DNA of 64,000 nucleotides, taken from assembly GCA_044507065.1 (NCBI GenBank), contig JBIQJY010000008.1, positions 4,441 to 68,440 of the forward strand, written 5' to 3'. Each line of letters starts with the position of its first letter. Position 1 is the stretch's first letter. Under the pieces are notes generated by a model. It did not search any database. It was not told the DNA's origin and saw only the letters and a program-made list of their open reading frames with translations. Source of the stretch: Acidobacteriota bacterium. Its GTDB lineage: Bacteria > Acidobacteriota > Vicinamibacteria > Vicinamibacterales > SCN-69-37. The position numbers and the translations under genes were made by a program. Below are positions 27,902-38,095 of the stretch, one piece after another.

Positions 27902-28504
27902 ATGACAGAGGTGCATATCGGACGCCTGGTTGGAGCGAGTCTTCACCAGGCCATCGGCGAGTGGCTGCCGCAGCGGCTCGACTTCTACGAGAACTGGCTG
28001 CACTCCGAGGGGCTGCGCGACGGCTCGATCGGCGTGGCCCCGCTGATGGCCGTGCTCGGGTTCCTGCGCACGGAAGGTGATGGCTACGGCCGGGTGGTCG
28101 AACGCGCGGGGCAGCTCTCGGCCGAGTGGTCGCTCATGTCGCTGTCGCCAATGCGCCAGCGGATCATCCGGCTGCTGCCGCGTCGCCTGCGCGTCCGCGC
28201 GGCGTTGCGCGTGGCTGCCGAGATATCGGAGACGGCCGGCAGCCGCAGCCGCTTCATCGTCGAGGGGCGCGGCAAGTCGGCGCGGGTGAAGGTGACCGCC
28301 TCGGTGTTCTGTCAGGTGCGTGGGATCCAGGCGGCGCCGCTCTGCGGGTTTTATTCGGCGCTGGCGGTGGCCACGCTGTCGCATTTCGGCCTGTCTGCGG
28401 TCGCGCAGATCGACGGGTGTCGTGCCATGGGCGCAGAGGCGTGCATCATCGACCTCGTGCTCGAGTCGGCCCAGCCGGCGGCAGAAACGGCCGTGGCGGC
28501 GTGA
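27902..28504 (+). CDS. V4R (4-vinyl-reductase-like) domain protein
   Basis: C-terminal Cys pattern FCQVRG..PLCGFYSALAVATL..DGCRAMGAEACIIDL, typical of V4R ligand-binding domains. ATG 27902 inside ORF 27272..28504. Confidence 0.65.
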   Translation: MTEVHIGRLVGASLHQAIGEWLPQRLDFYENWLHSEGLRDGSIGVAPLMAVLGFLRTEGDGYGRVVERAGQLSAEWSLMSLSPMRQRIIRLLPRRLRVRAALRVAAEISETAGSRSRFIVEGRGKSARVKVTASVFCQVRGIQAAPLCGFYSALAVATLSHFGLSAVAQIDGCRAMGAEACIIDLVLESAQPAAETAVAA

Positions 28505-28527
28505 ACGGCGTCTTCACTTCGGTGCGT

Positions 28528-30150
28528 ATGAAGTTCGGCTATCTGTGGGTCGCCATGGCCTTCGCACTGGCCGTTCCGGCCGGTGCGGCCGGCCAGACGA
28601 CGGGATCGCGTGTGCTGGTGATGCCGTTCGCCGTGGAGGTCGAGCCCGGCGCGCCGGGCGGCGCCGGCGCAGCGCTCTGGCTCGGCGAGGCGGCGGCACT
28701 GCTCGTCGGCGAGGGACTGTCGACGCGGGGCGTGGGCGCGATGACACGCGACGAGACCGTTGCGGCCTTTGCCCGCGTCGGGCTCCCGCTCACGTCGGCC
28801 CTCACGCGGGCGACGATGATCCGTGTCGGCGAGCTGATTGGCGCATCGGAAGTCGTGTTCGGCAGCGTCGGACTCGGCAGCAACCTGACCGTACGGGCGC
28901 GGCTCGTGAACCTGACCTCGGGCGCCGACGGCCCGGTGATCGAAGACGCCGGTGCGCTGGCCGATATCTTCGCCGTCATCGACCGCGTCAGCGGCCAGTT
29001 GTCCACCCGGACCGGCCGGCTGCGTCCGGCACGCGCGGCGCCGACGCCGCTCGCCCTCGGAACGTTCGAGAACTACGTCAAGGGGCTCGTGGCAGCCACG
29101 CCGACGGCGCAGCAGCGTTTCCTCGAAAGCGCCGTTCGCGAGGCGCCCACCGATCCGCGCATCCTGATGGCACTGTGGAACGTCTACACGGCGCAGGGCG
29201 TACACGAACGCGCCCTGGCGTCGGCCAACGCGGTGGAGCCGGACGCGGCCGTGTATCGCGAGGCGCGCTTTGCCGTGGCGCTGTCCCTGATCGAACTGCG
29301 CCGGTTCGATGGCGCCTGGCAGGCGCTCACGACACTGCACAACGGCGAGCGGTCGGCAGCCGTCTCCAATGCGCTCGGCGTCGTGCAACTGCGTCGCGGC
29401 GTCGCGGCCAGCGGCGGCACCCCGGCCAGCTACTTCGCGCGCGCGGTCGAAGAGGATCCGGAGAACACCGACTACCTGTTCAATCTGGGCTACGCGCACG
29501 CGCGCGGTGGAAACGCGGCCGAGGCGCTTGTCTGGCTTCGGGAGACCGTCCGGTTCGATGTGGCCGACGGCGATGCCCACTACGTGATGAGCGCGGTGCT
29601 CGCCCGCAACGGGCGGGGCGCCGAGGCGCAGCGTGAACTGGACCTCGCGCGGATGCTTGGCGGAACCGCACAGGATTCGTCCGTCCTGTCGCTCACGACC
29701 GAAGTGCCGCTCGACCTCGAGCGCGTGTCGATGGTCCCGACGCTCTCGAACACCTCGGGCACACGAACGGCGATTGCGAACCCCGCCCAGCGCGATCAAC
29801 AGGAAGCCGCACGGTTCCACCTGGCCAACGGGGAAGCGCTGATTGCCGCCGGCCGCGATCGCGAGGCCACCGGCGAACTCCGTCGCGCCGTCTATCTGGC
29901 GCCCTACGAGCAGGTGCCGCACCTGCTCCTCGGGCAGATCTATCGTCGTGCCGGACGCTTGTCGGAGGCGATCGATCAAATCCGAGTGTCGCTCTGGTGC
30001 CGCGAGACTGTTGCGGCACGCGTCGAGCTCGGGGCCGTGCTGCTCGAAACCGGCGAGCCGACGGCTGCGCGCCGCGAAGTTGAACGGGCGCTCGAACTCG
30101 AGCCCGGCTCGGTCGAGGCGCAGGCCCTCCTGACGCGCATCGGCGGGTGA
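28528..30150 (+). CDS. secreted TPR-repeat protein
   Basis: Signal peptide MKFGYLWVAMAFALAVPAGAAGQ and multiple TPR-like repeats (e.g. YLFNLGYAHARGGNAAEALVWLRETV). Alternative GTG start at 28501. Confidence 0.8.
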   Translation: MKFGYLWVAMAFALAVPAGAAGQTTGSRVLVMPFAVEVEPGAPGGAGAALWLGEAAALLVGEGLSTRGVGAMTRDETVAAFARVGLPLTSALTRATMIRVGELIGASEVVFGSVGLGSNLTVRARLVNLTSGADGPVIEDAGALADIFAVIDRVSGQLSTRTGRLRPARAAPTPLALGTFENYVKGLVAATPTAQQRFLESAVREAPTDPRILMALWNVYTAQGVHERALASANAVEPDAAVYREARFAVALSLIELRRFDGAWQALTTLHNGERSAAVSNALGVVQLRRGVAASGGTPASYFARAVEEDPENTDYLFNLGYAHARGGNAAEALVWLRETVRFDVADGDAHYVMSAVLARNGRGAEAQRELDLARMLGGTAQDSSVLSLTTEVPLDLERVSMVPTLSNTSGTRTAIANPAQRDQQEAARFHLANGEALIAAGRDREATGELRRAVYLAPYEQVPHLLLGQIYRRAGRLSEAIDQIRVSLWCRETVAARVELGAVLLETGEPTAARREVERALELEPGSVEAQALLTRIGG

Positions 30151-30178
30151 GTGCCGTGTTACCATTTCGGACACCGTA

Positions 30179-30880
30179 ATGGCGGACCAGAATTTTCGTG
30201 AGATTCAGCTGAGCGGCAAGCAGCTGGTCTTCCTGTTCATGACGTCGGTCGTCGTGGCCGTTGGCGTGTTCCTGCTCGGGGTCTCTGTGGGACGCGGCGT
30301 GCGCGCCAATGCCGGCCTGCCGGTTGGAGCCGGCGTGGAACGCACCGCCGAGGTGGCGCCCCCGGGGGACCTGCCACCCCCTACCGAGGTGACGGCGGCC
30401 GATCGCGAGTATCACGAGCGACTTCGGGGTGAGACCACCCCGCCGGCGCAGCAGGTGGCGCCACCCTCGGGACCGGTCGACGCCGAGGTGGAGCCGGTGA
30501 ACGAGCCCGTGCCGGACGCCGAGCCCGATCCGCCCGCCGCGACGCCCGAACCGGCGCCCGCAGCTGCGCCACCGCCGCGGACACCCGCGGCGCCGGCCGC
30601 GGCTGCCACTCCGCCAACCACGACAGCCCGGACCGCGCCACCTGCCGAGACGGCAGGCGGCTGGTCCGTGCAGGTGGGCGCCTATCGCTCCCGTGCCAAT
30701 GCCGACAGGCAGGCGCGCGACCTGACCGCGAAGGGCTACAGGGCCGCCGTCGTGGCACCGACAGGCACGGGCGGTTACTTCCGGGTGCGCGTCGGGCCGT
30801 TCACGCAGCGGGCCGAAGCCGATCGTGTGGTGACCCGCCTGCGCAGCGAGGAAGGGCTGTCGTCGTCGGTTATCCGCTAG
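30179..30880 (+). CDS. SPOR domain protein (TM anchor, Pro/Ala-rich linker, C-terminal SPOR)
   Basis: WSVQVGAYRSRANADRQARDLTAKGYRAAVV..YFRVRVGPFTQRAEADRVVTRL. Confidence 0.88.
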   Translation: MADQNFREIQLSGKQLVFLFMTSVVVAVGVFLLGVSVGRGVRANAGLPVGAGVERTAEVAPPGDLPPPTEVTAADREYHERLRGETTPPAQQVAPPSGPVDAEVEPVNEPVPDAEPDPPAATPEPAPAAAPPPRTPAAPAAAATPPTTTARTAPPAETAGGWSVQVGAYRSRANADRQARDLTAKGYRAAVVAPTGTGGYFRVRVGPFTQRAEADRVVTRLRSEEGLSSSVIR

Positions 30881-30882
30881 CC

Positions 30883-32436
30883 CTGCTGTCGGGGGGCCTG
30901 TTCGTCCTGAGCTTCCCCAGGTTCGGGCATCCGGCGTTCGCGTGGATTGCGCTGGCGCCCCTTGTTCTCCTCGTGGCCACGACGGCGCATGGCTCGACGC
31001 TGCGCCGGCAGTTCCTCCACGGCGTTACCTGCGGACTGATCTACTTCGGCGGCACCCTGTACTGGGTGTCCGACACGATGCGATTGCACGGCGGGCTGCC
31101 GCTCGTCGTGAGTGCGCCCGTCGCCGCGTTGCTCGTCGCATACCTGTCCATATACGTCGGAGCCTTTGCGCTGGTGCTCGCCGGCGCGGTTCGGCGGTAC
31201 CGCACGGCCGGCATCTGGTTGGCGCCCCTCATCTGGGTGGCAACCGAATGGGCGCGCTCTCATGTCGGGGCCGGGTTTCCCTGGGTTCAGCTCGGGGCTT
31301 CACAGGCCACCGTGCTGCCCATTGTCCAGACCGCGAGCGTCGTCGGCGTCTATGGGCTGTCGGCACTTGTCGCGCTGGTTTCGACCGCAGCGGCTGCCGT
31401 CGTCGCGAGGCCCACAGCCGCGACCCGGCGCGCCGCTGCGGGCGTCGCGGTCCTGCTCGTGGCGGTCACCATTGCCGGTGCGTGGCGTGCGGCGCGCTCG
31501 TCGCTGCTCGACAGCGGACGCGCCGCGCGGATCGGGCTGGTGCAGGGGAACGTCGCGCAGGACCAGAAGTGGGACCCGGCGTTCCGCGGCGACATCCTCA
31601 CGCGGTATCTGGCGCTCAGTCGCCAGGTCATTGCCGACGGCGCCGAGATCGTCATCTGGCCCGAGGCATCGACACCGTTCTCATTCGATGTCGTGGCGCC
31701 ACTGGCCGCACCCATTCGGGAACTGGCCGCATCGACCGGGACGCCGTTCATCCTCGGATCGGACCAGTTCGTGGCCGGTGCGCCGGGCGAGCCCCCCGAC
31801 TACTACAACGCCGCCGTGCTCGTTGGCCCCGACGGCACCTCGCGGCAGTGGTATCGCAAGATGCGGCTGGTGCCCTTCGGCGAGTACGTGCCCCTGCGGT
31901 CGCTGCTCTTCTTCGTGGGGCCGCTCGTCGAGGCGGTCGGCGAGTTCTCGGCCGGGACCGACGCCGTGGTGTTCGACGCCGAGGGCCGGCGCGTGAGCGT
32001 CGCGATCTGCTACGAGTCGGTGTATCCGGGAATTGCGCGCCAATTCGTGCAGAACGGCAGCGAACTCCTGGCGACGATCACCAACGACGCGTGGTTCGGC
32101 CGATCGTCGGCCGCCTATCAGCACTTTCAGCAGGGGGCGATCCGCGCCGTGGAGCAGGGGCGCTTCGTCGTCCGATCCGCCAACACCGGCATCAGTGGCG
32201 CGGTTGACCCGTACGGACGCGTGCTGGCCGCGACGGATCTGTTCGAACCCGCGGCCGTCACGGTTGACGTGCGGCTGCTGACCGATCGTACGATTTACAG
32301 CTACACCGGCGACCTCGTCGTCTGGTGCGCCCTGGCGGTCACGCTGCTGCTTGCCGCGCAGATGATCGTCGAACGACGCCCGGCGCAGCGGGGGCCGCGC
32401 CGGCCCATTCCCACCGGAAACGAGACACGCTCATGA
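30883..32436 (+). CDS. lnt: apolipoprotein N-acyltransferase (start codon unresolved)
   Basis: CN-hydrolase core (VICYES.., ITNDAWFG). The first canonical start is GTG 30973. The same frame is open upstream and encodes the conserved first TM segment (LLSGGLFVLSFPRFGHPAFAWIALAPLVLLV) with only CTG codons available (30883, 30886). Confidence 0.8.
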   Translation: MLSGGLFVLSFPRFGHPAFAWIALAPLVLLVATTAHGSTLRRQFLHGVTCGLIYFGGTLYWVSDTMRLHGGLPLVVSAPVAALLVAYLSIYVGAFALVLAGAVRRYRTAGIWLAPLIWVATEWARSHVGAGFPWVQLGASQATVLPIVQTASVVGVYGLSALVALVSTAAAAVVARPTAATRRAAAGVAVLLVAVTIAGAWRAARSSLLDSGRAARIGLVQGNVAQDQKWDPAFRGDILTRYLALSRQVIADGAEIVIWPEASTPFSFDVVAPLAAPIRELAASTGTPFILGSDQFVAGAPGEPPDYYNAAVLVGPDGTSRQWYRKMRLVPFGEYVPLRSLLFFVGPLVEAVGEFSAGTDAVVFDAEGRRVSVAICYESVYPGIARQFVQNGSELLATITNDAWFGRSSAAYQHFQQGAIRAVEQGRFVVRSANTGISGAVDPYGRVLAATDLFEPAAVTVDVRLLTDRTIYSYTGDLVVWCALAVTLLLAAQMIVERRPAQRGPRRPIPTGNETRS

Positions 32437-33558
32437 CACTCGAGGAACTCACGCGCGCATTCGCGGACCTGTCCACCCGCGCCTCCGACCTTCGGAGGGG
32501 ACTTTGACGAAGCGCGACTGAAACGCGAACTGGCCGAGCTGGAAGCGCAGGCCGGACAACCCGACTTCTGGAAGGATCAGGCCGCCGCCCAGCGGATTCT
32601 CCAGCGGCGGCGCCGGCTCGAGAACGACGTGACGCTGGCCGGCAATCTCCGGCGCCACGCCGACGACCTGGCGGTGCTGTTCGAGTGGGCGCGCGGCGGC
32701 GAGGACGTGACTGCCGACATCGACCGCGCCCTCGAGGCCCTGAAGGCCGAAGTCCAGACCGGCGAGATCCGCACGATGCTGTCGGGCGAGATGGACGCGA
32801 AGAACGCGATCATCACCGTGCACCCGGGCGCCGGCGGGACCGAGTCACAGGACTGGGCGGAGATGCTGCTCCGGATGTACATCCGCTGGAGCGAGCGACG
32901 CGGGTTCAAGCGCGAGGTCGTCGACACACAACCCGGCGACGAAGCCGGCATCAAGAGCGCGACACTCGTCATCCACGGCGAGTACGCCTACGGACTGCTC
33001 TCGGCCGAGGCTGGTGTGCATCGGCTCGTGCGCATCTCGCCGTTCGACCAGGCGGCGAGGCGGCACACGTCGTTTGCGTCGCTCTACGTGTGGCCCGAGT
33101 TGCCTGAGGACGCCGAAATCGACATCGACGAGAAGGACCTCCGGATCGACACGTTCCGATCGAGTGGCGCCGGCGGCCAGCACGTCAACGTCACCGATTC
33201 GGCCGTCCGCATCACGCACTTGCCGACGGGCATCGTCGTCTCGTGCCAGAACGAGCGTTCGCAGCACAAGAACCGCGCGTCGGCCATGCGCGTGCTGAAG
33301 GCGCGCCTCTACGACATGCGGCAGAAAGAGCAGCAGGACGAACTGGATCGGCTCGGTGGCGAGAAGAAGGAGATTGCCTTCGGCAGCCAGATCCGCAGCT
33401 ACGTCCTGCACCCGTACCAGATGGTCAAGGACCATCGGACCAAGCACCAGGTGGGGGACGTGGACCGCGTGCTGGACGGCGACATCGACGAGTTCATCAA
33501 GTCGTACCTGCTGAAGCGTGCGCTCGGCAAGCTCGAGACGTCGGTCGACGACGACTGA
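32433..33558 (+). CDS. prfB: peptide chain release factor 2 (requires +1 programmed frameshift at 32505)
   Basis: Frame 0 covers 32433..32504 ([24 protein letters not shown]) and stops at TGA 32505-32507. The +1 frame from 32506 continues [15 protein letters not shown].. into ORF 32629..33558, which carries SPF and GGQ ([10 protein letters not shown]). ATG overlaps the lnt stop (ATGA). Confidence 0.93.
32494..32508 (+). promoter_or_regulatory. prfB: prfB +1 frameshift site with internal Shine-Dalgarno-like element
   Basis: GGAGGGG A CTT TGA C is the same layout as the classical AGGGGG-N3-CUU-UGA-C autoregulatory site. Confidence 0.9.
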
Positions 33559-33561
33559 TTG

Positions 33562-35835
33562 TTACTGGAGCGCCGGGGGCTCGGTCTCCGGGGGCAACGG
33601 GGGAGCAGCCTCGACGCCCGACGGTTCGGTGCCGGCGATGAACGCGACCGGGCCGTTGCTCGCCTGTACCGTGACGATGTTGCCCGGGCGCTCGAAGACG
33701 GGCGGTTCGCCCTCTCCGCGCCGCTGCGCGATCCAGGCGGCCATGACCTCGCGCCAGATAGGCAGGGCCGCCGTCGTTCCGGTCTGGCCGTTGCCAATCG
33801 GCCGCTTCTGATCGAACCCGACCCAGACGCCGACGGTGATTTCCGGATCGAAGCCGATGAACCATGCATCGGTGTAGTCGTCGGTCGTCCCGGTCTTGCC
33901 GCCAATCGGCCAGTCGAGTGATCGGGCCGACACGGCGGTGCCGTGCCGCACCACTCCCTCGAGCAGCGTCGTCATGATGTAAGCGGTGTCGGCGCGCAGC
34001 GCCTGACGCGGCTGCGGGCGGTGCTGTTCGAGCACGTTGCCCTCACGGTCGAGCACCTCGAGAATCGGAAGGGGCTCCATGCGCACGCCCTGGTTCGGGA
34101 ATGCGGAGTAGGCCGATGTCATCTCGATCAACGTCGCCTCGGCGGCGCCAATGGCCACCGACAGGAACTCGGGGATGGGCGAACTGACCCCCATCTGGTG
34201 GGCCAGGTTCACAACCTGTCTCGGACCAAGCGCCTCCATGAGGCGAACAGCCGGGACGTTGCGTGAATCAGCCAGGGCGTCGCGCAGTGATACGGGGCCG
34301 CGGAACTCGCGGTCGTAGTTGCGCGGCTCGTACGGGGGCTGATTCGGGCCGGCCACGAAACTGGCCGGTGAATCGTCGAGGATCGACTCGGCCGTGTAGC
34401 CGCGATCGATCGCGGCGGCGTAGACGAACGGCTTGAACAGGGAGCCCACCTGTCGCTGGGCCTGCGTTGCGCGATTGAACTGGCTGCGGACGAAGTCCAC
34501 GCCGCCGTACATGGCGAGCACGGCGCCGGTGCGGTTGTCGAGCGCGATGAGCGCTCCCTCGATCTCGGGCATCTGTTCCAGAGAGCCCGTGAACGTGTCG
34601 GCCTCGGCCGCGATCGAAAGGACGCGCGTCTCGATGAGGTCGCCGGCGCGTACGAGGTCGGCCGCACCGCGGCGCGCCCACTGATACCCGGCGCGCTCGA
34701 TTGCGCCGGTGTATCGCCCGACGCGGATCTGAATGACGGCGTTGTCCACGCCGGTCACGAGGGCCGGGACAATCTCCTGCTCGGCGAGCTCGCGCGGCCA
34801 CCGCGGATGGCGGAAGCCATCGAGCGAGCCCTTCTCATCCAGGATGTTGCGCGCCGGCTTGCGGAAGCCGCGCAGTCGGTCCAGTCGCCGCAGCCCGCTG
34901 TCCATTGCGGCGTTGGCGGCGCGCTGCAGGACCGGATCGAGGCCGGTGCGCACCACGAGCCCCTCCTCATAGACGGCCTGCGTGCCGTAGGCCTCTTCGA
35001 GGTGAGTCCGAATCGTCTCGACAAAGTAGCGCGAGAGCGATGGCGGCTGCGAGGGTTCGCCGCGCGTCACGATGGGGGTGGCCTTGACGGCGTCGGCGTC
35101 CGATCGCGTGACGTAGCCCTCCTCGACCATGCGGTCGAGCACGTAGGCGCGCCGGCCCAGTGCCGCATCCATGTTGCTGTAGGGGTTGAGCCGCTGTGGT
35201 GAGGGCAGCAGACCCGCAATCGTCGCTGCTTCGGCAAGCGTGAGTTCACGGGCCGGCTTGCCGAAATAGAGCTGTGAGGCGGCCTCGACGCCGTACGTCC
35301 GGTGTCCCCAGGCGACCTTGTTGCAGTACATCGTGAAGATCTCGGCCTTCGTGTACCGCTTCTCGATCTGCATCGCGACAAGGGCTTCCTTGACCTTCCG
35401 GATCCACGCGCGCTCGAAGCCCAGTGACTCGGGAAACAGCTGTCGGGCCAGCTGCTGCGTGATCGTGCTGCGGCCAGGGGTGCGACGCGTCGAGACGACG
35501 TCGTTGATGGCGGCCCAGGCCATCAGCAGTGGATGGAAGCCGTTGTGCGTCATGAAGTGCTGGTCTTCGGCCGCCATGATGGCGTGACGCAGCACCTCGG
35601 GGATTTCCTCGTAGCTGACGATCTCGCGACGCTCGGTGGCGAAGTCCCCGACGACCGAGCCATCCCGCCCGATGACCCTCGTGATGACGCCGGGCGTGTA
35701 GTTGTCGAGCGCTTCAATCTCCGGCAGATCGCCGGCGAACGAGAACAACATGCCGCCGGCGGTGCCGACGAACGCGGTGGCAACGAAGAGCGCGACAATG
35801 CCCAGGCTGCGCGCCAGACGGGTAACGGTCTTCAT
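33562..35835 (-). CDS. mrcA: class A penicillin-binding protein (PBP1A; glycosyltransferase + transpeptidase)
   Basis: GT51 motifs ([22 protein letters not shown]) and transpeptidase motifs ([24 protein letters not shown]). Confidence 0.9.
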   Translation of the reverse strand: MKTVTRLARSLGIVALFVATAFVGTAGGMLFSFAGDLPEIEALDNYTPGVITRVIGRDGSVVGDFATERREIVSYEEIPEVLRHAIMAAEDQHFMTHNGFHPLLMAWAAINDVVSTRRTPGRSTITQQLARQLFPESLGFERAWIRKVKEALVAMQIEKRYTKAEIFTMYCNKVAWGHRTYGVEAASQLYFGKPARELTLAEAATIAGLLPSPQRLNPYSNMDAALGRRAYVLDRMVEEGYVTRSDADAVKATPIVTRGEPSQPPSLSRYFVETIRTHLEEAYGTQAVYEEGLVVRTGLDPVLQRAANAAMDSGLRRLDRLRGFRKPARNILDEKGSLDGFRHPRWPRELAEQEIVPALVTGVDNAVIQIRVGRYTGAIERAGYQWARRGAADLVRAGDLIETRVLSIAAEADTFTGSLEQMPEIEGALIALDNRTGAVLAMYGGVDFVRSQFNRATQAQRQVGSLFKPFVYAAAIDRGYTAESILDDSPASFVAGPNQPPYEPRNYDREFRGPVSLRDALADSRNVPAVRLMEALGPRQVVNLAHQMGVSSPIPEFLSVAIGAAEATLIEMTSAYSAFPNQGVRMEPLPILEVLDREGNVLEQHRPQPRQALRADTAYIMTTLLEGVVRHGTAVSARSLDWPIGGKTGTTDDYTDAWFIGFDPEITVGVWVGFDQKRPIGNGQTGTTAALPIWREVMAAWIAQRRGEGEPPVFERPGNIVTVQASNGPVAFIAGTEPSGVEAAPPLPPETEPPALQ

Positions 35836-35889
35836 CGGGTCTCACTGTACCAAAGGAACACCCGCCTGGCGCCTCCTGCTCGCGCGAAT

Positions 35890-37983
35890 TCAGCGCCCGC
35901 GCGCCCCGCGCGGTGCGGCGCGGCCGCCACCATCACGAGCGCCCGATTGAGCGGGCGCCGACCGCGCGGCTGGGGCCGGACGTTCCGATGGGCGCGGGGT
36001 CTCCACGCGTGGTGCCCGCGACGGTGTCGCCGACGGCACGCGTCCGGGCGACGGAGCCGAGCGCGGTCGCGCCGCGGGTGCGGCCGCGGCGCCATCACCC
36101 GATTCGCGCGATGTCGACCAGTTGCGCCCGGCTGGCGGCGGGGACGGTCGCGACGCCGGCATGGTCCTCAGCGGGCGCTGGGTCGATTCCGTGCGCTGAG
36201 CAGGCTGGACGCCGCTGCGCGTCGGCGTGCGGACGCCGGATGGCGGTGCCACCTCGGACGCTGTGGCGGGAGCGCGTCCTGTCCGGCTGCGCGCACCGAG
36301 CGCGGCGCCCCCTTCCGTACCCGGCCCGCGCCGCATGGTCGGCTGCTGGACTGTCGAGCGCGGGCTCGTGCGCGGCGCCTCGGCTCCCGGGGTCGACGGC
36401 GACGCCGCGCCCAGGCGCGGTCGCGCGCCGATGGCGGTCGAACGGCCCGGTGTCGTGCGTTGCGTCGGCGTTGGCATCGACACGCCGGGCGACGACGACC
36501 GCGACGTGCGCGCTCTGGACGGCGCGACTGTGCCGGTAGGCGCCACCGTCCGCGTCGCTGGCGGACGGGCTTCAGGCTCGCGCGAAACAGCGCGTGCGCC
36601 GCTCGTGCGTGCCGGCGTCGTGGTCCGCCGTGCGAATGGGTCGGTTGAAACGCCGCCCGCAGGAGCGTCGCGCGGCGCCCATCGCGGAACGGCCACCGAA
36701 CGCCCCGCGGCGGCCGGGCCGCGAAGGCCCGGGCTGTTGCGCACGACGAGTCCGGCCGGACGCGATGGTCCTCGATAGCCGTCGATGAATCGCGTGTTCC
36801 GGGGCGGGAGGTACCGGTCGCGCCCGCGGCCGGCCACGACCACGCGGAGATTGAAGCTGCGCGACGGCAGGTACGTCCACCCGCGCCAGCCCTGCGAGAA
36901 CCCGATGCTGACAGAAATGAGCGGCCGGTTGTCGAATCCGATCGGGCACCAGCCGACGTAGTCGGGAGTCGACGTCCAGCTGACCCATGCCGGCGCCCAG
37001 CGGCGGCCCGGAATCCAATAGTACCGGCGGCCCGAGACGCCCCAACGACCGTAGTGGTGTGTGGGCCAGGCCCAGCGATCCGCGCCGATCCACACCCAGC
37101 CATAGCTACCGACAAATGACCACCGCCCGGTGGAGTAGGGCTGCCAGGCCGGGTCGACACGCGGGTACCAGACGTAGGTCCCGACGGTCGATTCGTATCC
37201 CCAGTCGCCGTTCCGATCGAGGACGCCGCCGTAATACGAAATCTCTGCAGGCAGGTAGCGCGTGGAGGCCAGTCCCGTGCGCTCGTACCGACGCTCGTCC
37301 CACCAGCGATCGAATCCATCCCACGACGAGACCGTGACGGCGTAGGGGAGTGAGGGAGCAGTCTCGGCGGTGGCCGCCGCTGCGTAGCCGGCCCGGACGA
37401 GCGTGCGTTGCCCGGCAGCATCCAGTTCGGCGGCACCTCGGATTACCAGGAGCTGGACGTGGGGCGTCGTATCGCCACGGTTGTCGATCTGGACGCGATA
37501 CTCGCCGGGGGATCGAACCCACGATATGGTGCCGACGGCGTCGATGCGGTAATCCCCGTCGCCGGCCGAGCGGGCCAGTTCCAGCCGTACGCGTCCGCGG
37601 TCGAGCCGCAGGAGGTCATCTGAAAGGAGGGTGGCGTCTGTCTGCTCGTCGAACGCGAGGATGCTGCCGTCAGCAAACACCACCTCGAGGCGCCCGTCAG
37701 CCGTATGAATCCGATCGCCCGCGAGCAGCGGCGTGTTTTCGGCCGCCGCCTCGTTCGTGCCGTCGCGCTGCAGCCAGGCAGCGCCGTCAACGGCTGCAAT
37801 GTGAGCCGGAACCTCGTCGGACCAGTCCCCAATGGGATCGAGCGGCGCCTGATCGAATGCCGGGACGGTCGGTATGGACGGCTGGGCCGCGAGCGGGCTC
37901 GCGGACAGTGCGACGCAGGCCAGGAGGCCGGCGGCAAACGTTGCAGAGAGTCGGAACGGTCTGACTCGATCGCACCGGGTCAT
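35890..37983 (-). CDS. secreted FecR-like / DUF6600-like protein with long Arg/Pro/Ser/Thr-rich C-terminal tail
   Basis: Signal peptide, a FecR-like beta region (LLAGDRIHTADGRLEVVFADGSILAFDEQTD), a W/Y/G-rich block (YGWVWIGADRWAWPTHHYGRWG) and about 300 aa of low complexity. Confidence 0.65.
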   Translation of the reverse strand: MTRCDRVRPFRLSATFAAGLLACVALSASPLAAQPSIPTVPAFDQAPLDPIGDWSDEVPAHIAAVDGAAWLQRDGTNEAAAENTPLLAGDRIHTADGRLEVVFADGSILAFDEQTDATLLSDDLLRLDRGRVRLELARSAGDGDYRIDAVGTISWVRSPGEYRVQIDNRGDTTPHVQLLVIRGAAELDAAGQRTLVRAGYAAAATAETAPSLPYAVTVSSWDGFDRWWDERRYERTGLASTRYLPAEISYYGGVLDRNGDWGYESTVGTYVWYPRVDPAWQPYSTGRWSFVGSYGWVWIGADRWAWPTHHYGRWGVSGRRYYWIPGRRWAPAWVSWTSTPDYVGWCPIGFDNRPLISVSIGFSQGWRGWTYLPSRSFNLRVVVAGRGRDRYLPPRNTRFIDGYRGPSRPAGLVVRNSPGLRGPAAAGRSVAVPRWAPRDAPAGGVSTDPFARRTTTPARTSGARAVSREPEARPPATRTVAPTGTVAPSRARTSRSSSPGVSMPTPTQRTTPGRSTAIGARPRLGAASPSTPGAEAPRTSPRSTVQQPTMRRGPGTEGGAALGARSRTGRAPATASEVAPPSGVRTPTRSGVQPAQRTESTQRPLRTMPASRPSPPPAGRNWSTSRESGDGAAAAPAARPRSAPSPGRVPSATPSRAPRVETPRPSERPAPAARSAPAQSGARDGGGRAAPRGARGR

Positions 37984-38095
37984 GGTTCACCCTCACAAGT
38001 CAGACAGGCTAGGCGTCGACCAGCATAGCAGTACCCGGGCCGTTCCGTGCAAATCCGGCGCCCGGCGCGCGAAAGTTGAGTGCGTAATTCACCTC

